A DNA stretch of 48,500 nucleotides from Trichoplax sp. H2 (lineage: Eukaryota). The position numbers and the translations under genes are program-made. The stretch spans positions 62,001 to 110,500 of the forward strand of contig NOWV01000224.1 in NCBI GenBank assembly GCA_003344405.1, in the 5' to 3' direction. Below, piece after piece: positions 41,097 to 48,500 of the stretch. The notes under the pieces were generated by a model. That model saw nothing but the letters and a program-made list of their open reading frames with translations, was not told the DNA's origin and made no database searches. Position 1 is the stretch's first letter; the number at the start of each line of letters is the position of its first letter.

Positions 41097-43230
41097 ATGG
41101 ATGTAGGTGGCGGAAGTAATTTCGGTGGTGGAATTAGTGGTGGTGGCGGCGGTTTCATTCAGGATCAACCTAGGGGTACTTCTGGTTCCGGTACTCCAAT
41201 TTCTGGATCACAAGATAAAAAGGTATTGTTTTGATGTACTAGAGTGTGTAGACATAAATTCAAATTATGCCTGGTGTTCATTCTTGATGATACCATGGTT
41301 ATCACAAGATATCATAAAAATCACTACTGACAATAGTAACATTTTATATTGCACATTTTTTTCTTGATTTGGATATTTCAACTTATCTGTCCATGGTACA
41401 CTGTTAGAATACGAACAGAACTCATTCGTTGATACCTGTTACCGTTGCCCAATTGTTAAAAGCTACAGAAGATCAAGGTGACACTTATCAAATTTCTGGA
41501 CGAGAAGTTTATCAGGTAGATTGATAACTTTATCAATTCTATGTAGAACAAAATTCCAGGCGTGAGATTGATCACTACTATTAAAGCAATTGCATAAAAT
41601 CCAACGGCATGAGCAATCTATGCCTGGATGTTCATAAGAACTAAAAAAGTCATCAAGTGTGCTAGCTAGTTCGAAAGAATAGAAATTTTTTTTGTATAGT
41701 ATTTGTGTATAGGATTCCATAATAGGTATAGCATTATTTACTACCTATATGCTAATCAATATATAGCTTCAAATATAAAAATCCTGAATTGTTCAACATG
41801 ATTAGATTACCTTTGTTGGCGTGATAAGATCTGTTACAGAATCGGCAGCTTATACTCAATATGCAGTTGACGATATGACCGAATCACCAATATCTGTACG
41901 TCGATGGGTAGACTCTGAGGTAAGCTGCAATATGTACTCTACACTTGCGGATGTATAGTATACAAGTGGACATTAGTCTAATAGCATATCTAAGTATTTA
42001 GATGAGGCAAATTATCGTATCTATAAGTAGCCTAGTTGCCAGCATGAATATGCAACTATTCGAACGATATAGTCTGAATGCTCTAACCAGTATAGCTTAG
42101 GGAAAAACACATCTTAAAATTCTCGAATTAAATCGGAATCTATCAAATATAACATAGGCTTTACCGTTTTTTTTTATATATTTTCGTAGGAGACCGCAAA
42201 CGATCGTAATCGAAAATCTGATTGCAGGTCTGTCCACTTATAGCTCTAAGTAAACTACCACAGAAAATTTTCATCGGAAGGAGTTATATATTTCAATGAA
42301 ATCAATGTATACTTATCTTTGCTTTAATTCTGATTGTTACCTACAGAGAGGATACATATGTTAGAGTAGTTGGTCATTTACGTGCTTTGCAAGGAGTCCG
42401 ATATGTCATGGCAATAAATATTCAGCCAATCGAAGACTGCAACGAAATAACGTATCATATCTTAGAAGTTATACATTCACATTTGTTGCAAACTAAGGGC
42501 CCCGCTATAGTACGAATCTTTATCACTACTGCAAATTGATTTAATACATTGAATGTAAATGTTAAGCCTGCCTGTATATAAAAGATTACTATTTATCTTT
42601 AATATGTTGAACAACTTATTTGCAGCCTACGACCGAACATAAGAACACCAGTAACGTAATACAAACAGATTTCGCTGGAGGGAATGAAATCAAGAGTTTA
42701 TCCGGGCTACAGCAGCAGGTCAATTGTTTGACTGTAACATATGATTTGATTGTAGGAATTATATGTATTGATGTCGTTTCTTATAGCAGCAATTTAGATG
42801 TTATGCAAGTGTACTGTATACTTTCAATTATACAATAATTTAAAAATTAGTTTAATAACTGTTATTGACATGGTTATCAAAACAGGTTTACAGCTGTATT
42901 AGCGCTTCAAATGCAGACCAAGGTCATTCTATCAGAGAAATTTCTCAAAGATTGCGCGGCATTTCTGAAAATGAAATCAGGTCAGTACGTGCAAAGTGAT
43001 ACATAACTTGTTAAATTTGTGAATCAGTATCTTAGAATTTAGCAATTTTATACCTGTCCAAGGAAAAGGATGTAATCTATAAACAATTTAAAGCGTAAGG
43101 TTGCATCATCTCAATGAATAACTCTGGTTTTGATTTTTATTTCAGAAATGCTACTGAATTTTTAAGCAAAGAAGGTCACATTTATTCCACTATTGATGAC
43201 GATCATTTCAAATCTACGTATTCGTCTTAA
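41097..43230 (+). CDS. RPA2: Replication protein A 32 kDa subunit, 8 exons
   Basis: Exons 41097-41222, 41408-41515, 41806-41919, 42190-42227, 42347-42509, 42626-42718, 42886-42980 and 43146-43230. Gly-rich N-terminus; OB fold ([47 protein letters not shown]); C-terminal winged helix ([20 protein letters not shown]). An acceptor at 41093 means an upstream exon is possible. Confidence 0.95.
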
Positions 43231-45559
43231 GTATTTCATAACCCTGGCAAGACATCAGATGCCGAACAGTACTTGATCTTTGATGATACATCATGATCAA
43301 CTATTTTGTAATGTATTATTAAACTTGAGTCCTAGAATGTAGTTAACCACCATCTCTAACCTATATGTATGTAACATTGTTTACGTCGATAAAGTTATTC
43401 ATGATTAATAAATTAACAAATAAATTACGTCCTAAATATGCAACGAGACTCAATTTTCCAAATCTACCACACTCGTATGAACTAACACTGTGTAGGATCC
43501 TACGTAGCAATTGATGAATTGACTAAATTTAGTTAGTAAATATGGACTTTCATATCGATTCGATAATTATAATTCACTATCATTTTATACTATACGTAAT
43601 ACATAATTAGATAATTTTGCAGACTAATTCACAATAGAAAGAATATGAATGATAGCATCATAAACTGCAAAATAATGAATGCTGAATGTATGAAATGACG
43701 AAAGCTCATTCATAAGCCGAATACTAAGTGAATGATTTTAATTAGATATTTACTGGAAATAACAATAGTGAAATCTAATGTTCACCATCAGTAGTATTTA
43801 TAAGATCATAAATTATTCTAACAGTGCTGATATTATATGAGCTGATACTGTACACAAAATCATATAACAGTGTACAATAAGAGACATGCTGTACATCTAT
43901 CGAAAGCAGCTTTGTTATTAAAGAAGGAATGCATTGCTCTAGCTTACTATCTCTTGAGCATGGCTGAGTTACCTTTCATGTGCAGTGCATCTACTATCGC
44001 AAGTAATAACTAATATGCAGTATTCGCAAAACGCTTTGGCCTGAGATCGCAATTACACGGAGATACTAGATATTTCTAATTTCATATTATTAATATGAAG
44101 TATTTTAAATAAATCAATCGAAGCTGTAATCATAACAGGGTTCCTGTCATTAACGGGCTTATTGCTTTTATAACGATCTTACTAAATATGTCATAAGTAC
44201 ATCACTGTTTGCACGACTCTCGAATTGAAACTAGATATCAAGATGCAAGAATTTGCTGGTTCTATTATTTAATTACAACTATCCATTTTATCGCCATCAA
44301 GAATCAGTCGAACCAATACAAATTTGTACAGTATATGCTGTATTGCTAATGTAGTCATTGACAAGTATGGGACTGATTCACGTAAATAAGCGGTCAAAAA
44401 TTAAGGGACAAAATTACAAAAGAATATCTGCCTACTGTTTCATAGGTAGACGAAGTAGACCTCCAATGTTAAAATATAATGGTTATAATATCTTGTACTA
44501 TCTAGTAGATCCTTTCATGATTGAAGGCAATGCAACAATAGTATGTTGATCAATGTCTACTTAGACGGGTTACGTTAGTAGTAGATACTTTTTAAAACGT
44601 TAGCCATTGTAAAAGAAAAAAAAACTTAATATTAGTAGGAACACAGTTGCGAATGGGGTTGAAAAGCTTGAGAATATTTCCATACATCAGCGTAATTTGC
44701 ATTTTAATTTCTGATATTATACACTATCCATAAGAGTATCTGCGCGTTTATTGTCTATATCTGCTTACTCTTATAGATCAATTGCCAATCAGTGTATTGT
44801 TCGCAGTTCAAAAGGATTGGAATAATTGTTTGATTAATTATTTATACTGAAAATTTATTATATTGGCAAAGTATGATTGATAGGCTAGCTATCGCCAACA
44901 GCTGGAAAGCCTACAAGATAGAGTACACTAAGCTAGATGATTTTACTATAGTTGCTTTAGCATTCAATACGGCAGGTGAAAGAAATACTTGAACAAGATA
45001 GCAGCTAAACAAAATTGAAGAGCGAAAATATTCCGTTCAGTAAAATATTGAATACCTCACCTTTACGTATTTAATTTTATTGCTGATTATCAGTAAGTTG
45101 GCTAACAAGGTTAGTAAATCCGTTGCTAAATAATTTTCCTATACTCATTAGACGTGCATATCTAATGATCATGACAAGAACTATTCGAGACTACCCAGTA
45201 CTGTCGCAAAAGAGAACTTTGCAATACTTTCGATATCCGAAGAAGCTTCCGCAATGACGATCAAAATCAATCCGCTTTAAGTAGAGTAATAAAGCGATAC
45301 ATTATTAAAGAATTTCTTCTAGCATGTCTAAATCGATTACTTGACTGACAAATTGCTATTCTTGATACGATAAAGTGTAATATCTAGCAATTTCTTCAAT
45401 TTTTTTTTCATAACAGTAGATATTCTGCTACAGCTAAATGGAATTGAGATTATAAATTTTTCGCTTACATATTAATTCAGTATCATGCATTTGGGTAGTT
45501 ACGGTAATAAATTTAAAGCAATGATATTTTATTGGCTGATATCTTAATGAAATTTGACG

Positions 45560-46205
45560 TTAAAGCTCTATTGCAGAGAAAAGTTTATTCATACTGTAAA
45601 AATGGGCCACAAAAAACAGAATTATGAAATATGATTTACATTTCGCAATTACCGGACTTATAAATTCATTCTCAATGGGAAGTCTTTGAATAAGTACCAA
45701 CATCATATTAAGTATTAATTTGAGGATAACTTTTTCAAAATGATTGGACACTATGTGATGCTATTATAAGGGTAGAAATAAGTTTTAAAAGCTTGTTATG
45801 GATTAAAAAAATCCAATTCGATCATAAGGGTCACATTTTGCCTAAGTAAATGAATTTCGTTTTGGTAGAAATGATTCTTTTATTGGAGAATCTCAATCCA
45901 TGTTGTAGTAGATGTTGAAGTCTAACATTTTAAAATTACCCGTGTACCATTCATCAAAGGTAGTTTAAAAAATACAGGGAACAGCATTGTTATTGACTAG
46001 CTTTAATACACCATCCTATTTCATCTATTTTTTTTTTCTGCTGCTGAGGAAAGTTCTCAGTTATAAATTTCCTTTACAACTTTGTCAGTATACTGGAGAT
46101 GGTACTGAAAGATTTTAAATAGAATGTAAAAATTTTGTCTCGGCTTTATACTTCAACACGTCATCAGGAAATAATTTTTTCGATTCTTCGTCATCGCATT
46201 CATGT
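45560..46205 (-). pseudogene. Possible decayed coding fragment of unknown family
   Basis: Protein-like stretches (HECDDEESKKLFPDDVLKYKAETKFLH; TTFDEWYTGNFKMLDFNIYYNMD*DSPIKESFLPKRN) broken by stops and frameshifts. Family not recognised. Confidence 0.25.
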
Positions 46206-46789
46206 ACTGTATATGCATGACAAAAATTGCGCTATCAATTTTATCATTTCAATACTCGTCTAGCTAGTCTAATGTAAACTATAAATCTATTTTGAATTAG
46301 TTTCATTATGCTACAGTTTACTAAATTGCAGATTGAAGACAGAAGCAGATCGATTTATAGGCATGATAAAACATAAAATAGTACGAGCAATTTTATCATT
46401 GCATTACTGATCTATCTGAGGACATGGTATTAGCTACTTGAATTATAATGATCACTGCATCATGGGCTACCACTAGTCTACTACCCATTTTACCATTTAT
46501 TTAAATAAACTATTCAAAAATTGACGCGATTTCCATGTTCGATATAGAACTTGACATAGTATACTACCATGATGAAACGAATTCAAAATAGCTTGATAGT
46601 TTTGCATGGGACTAGATTAGCCTATTTTATAAGAATCAATGGCGATATTGAAAACGTACTGCTCAACACTGGAGATCAAAATATTAAAGACTAGCTTTTC
46701 ATCCATGATACACGAATAAAAAAACTGATGAAGATATCAATGCTTCATCTATAGTTGTAATACACTTTACTACTGTATCTATCCAATCA

Positions 46790-47450
46790 TAGCTTAGGTG
46801 GAAATATCTCAACATTACTCATTTCCTTCCTCCTAGTTCAACCAGAAATAGATCAAGACTCTCTTTTCATCTATTTCTAACTGCTCCGTCGAATCAAAAA
46901 AAAATTGATTAAGGCATCGGTTGTTCACCCTAGAACAGACGTAATATCCTTCACTACTATATCTATCTAGGCACTTATCAAACCATAACTTAGCTGGAAA
47001 TATCTCAACATCACTAGTTTTACATCATCCGAGTTGAAGTAGAAATAGATCAAGACTCTCTTTTCATCTATTTCTAACTACTCCTTCGAATCCCAAAAAA
47101 TTAATTGAGACATCGATGCTCCATCATAGAATAGTCGTTCTATCCTTTACGACTGTCTCTATCAAACCCCAACTTAGCTGGAAATATTTCAACATCTGTA
47201 GTTGAATATCATCCGAGTTGAAGCAGAAATAGATCAAGACTCTCTTTTCATCTATTTCTAACTACTCCTTCGAAATAAAAAAAAATTGATTGAGACATCG
47301 ATGCTCCATCATAGAATAGTTGTTCTATCCTTTACGACTGTCTCTATCAAACCCCAGCTTAGCTGGAAATATTTCAACATCTGTAGTTGAATATCATCCG
47401 AGTTGAAGCAGAAATCGATCAAGACTCTCTTCTCATCCATTTCTAGCTAC
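46790..47450. repeat. Tandem repeat, ~185-196-bp unit, about 3.5 copies
   Basis: ggaaatat(c/t)tcaacat...agaaatagatcaagactctcttttcatctatttctaact at ~46800, 46996, 47180 and 47365. Confidence 0.9.
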
Positions 47451-48500
47451 TTGATAACAAGTACGTTATTTACCATACTCTTATAAAGGATGCAATCATA
47501 ATAAAAGTACAAGGAGATTCTTCCAGTATCCTCCTTCCAACTATTTCCTATGAAAGCCATTGCAGTCCAGGCTGCTGTATCCCCCTAATCCTAGACCTAA
47601 ACGAATCATAACAGAATTTGATTTTTCATCGCCGCTAGTCGACTCTAATAGTAAAACATCCATCACCTCCTATAAGTGATATAAAAGATGGAAAAGGAAA
47701 ATACTACTCAAGTATAGAAAGAGTATAAAAAATTGGGACAAGTTATTGTTCTCCTACCAAGCCAAACGATTTCTATAGCTAGTAATGAACATCTTCTCAT
47801 CAATAAAGTCTCCCATCCATTTGTAATGGATGGACTAGTGAAGAAGAAGACTGACTTAATAGAGTATGGCGGCCGACAGTATTGAGTCTCTTGAAGGCTG
47901 GAAAAGCCTATACGATACTATAGATGAGTCAAGCAAGAGACGATTTTATAAGTGCCATCGTATCAAAGAGACAATCATTCATTATGGTACAATAACAACG
48001 ATCACGTGATAACCAACACCACCAGCGCCTATTGTTCACAAAGAATAGATCTTGTTTAGTTCTGACGCTCTAAATCACTTAATTTCCTTATGGCTCATCG
48101 CTGTGTTATAGAGCGCTTGGAAAGACAAATTAAATCGTGATATCAATTCATTTTGCATTTATTCCACTCTTAAATAATCTCCTTACTCTGGTTCATCATC
48201 TTAGTGAGATAAATACTTCCACTGACAAGGCAATTGAATATTGAAGTATTGATACAAGGTGCTACTAGGTAAGGTTCCAATTTACAAATCGACACCTTCA
48301 TGTTCGTATATCTGTTTTAGTCGCTGTTTATTAGTATGTAAGCTAGCCATTTTATCCAGTATATTAGAATCTTTCCTGTAAGAATAGATAGAATTTCACG
48401 GAAGAGTGAATGGCACTATGGACACTTGTACAATGTACAGTTATTTGTATGGTATGCTTCAGTTTGAATCATGCATGCAGTGACGGACAATATCAAATTC

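Noticed and set aside
47866..48009. Short ATG-initiated ORF MAADSIESLEGWKSLYDTIDESSKRRFY...
   Set aside because: Could be a first exon, but no family was recognised and downstream segments contain stops.

Overview
Eukaryotic, AT-rich, intron-dense animal DNA with short GT-AG introns. The style suggests an early-branching metazoan such as a placozoan (Trichoplax-like); this is an inference, not proven. Recognisable genes: the 5' exon of transaldolase (TALDO1, minus strand, cut by the window edge), a multi-exon SETDB1 H3K9 methyltransferase (Tudor-MBD-preSET-split SET), an 8-exon HIPK kinase and an 8-exon RPA2. The standout is an intronless ~990-1023 aa minus-strand ORF (35342-38314/38413). It has a bacterial-looking PD-(D/E)xK/Cap4-like nuclease N-terminus (SNPFSTGGGG...TDD...QVK), an NB-ARC/STAND ATPase and C-terminal TPRs. 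That is the architecture of bacterial Avs-type antiviral STAND receptors, here sitting between two ordinary animal genes. The window also holds many unrelated minisatellite arrays, a gap-flanked duplication that is probably allelic or an assembly artefact, and several decayed coding-like fragments. Exon coordinates were read by eye.
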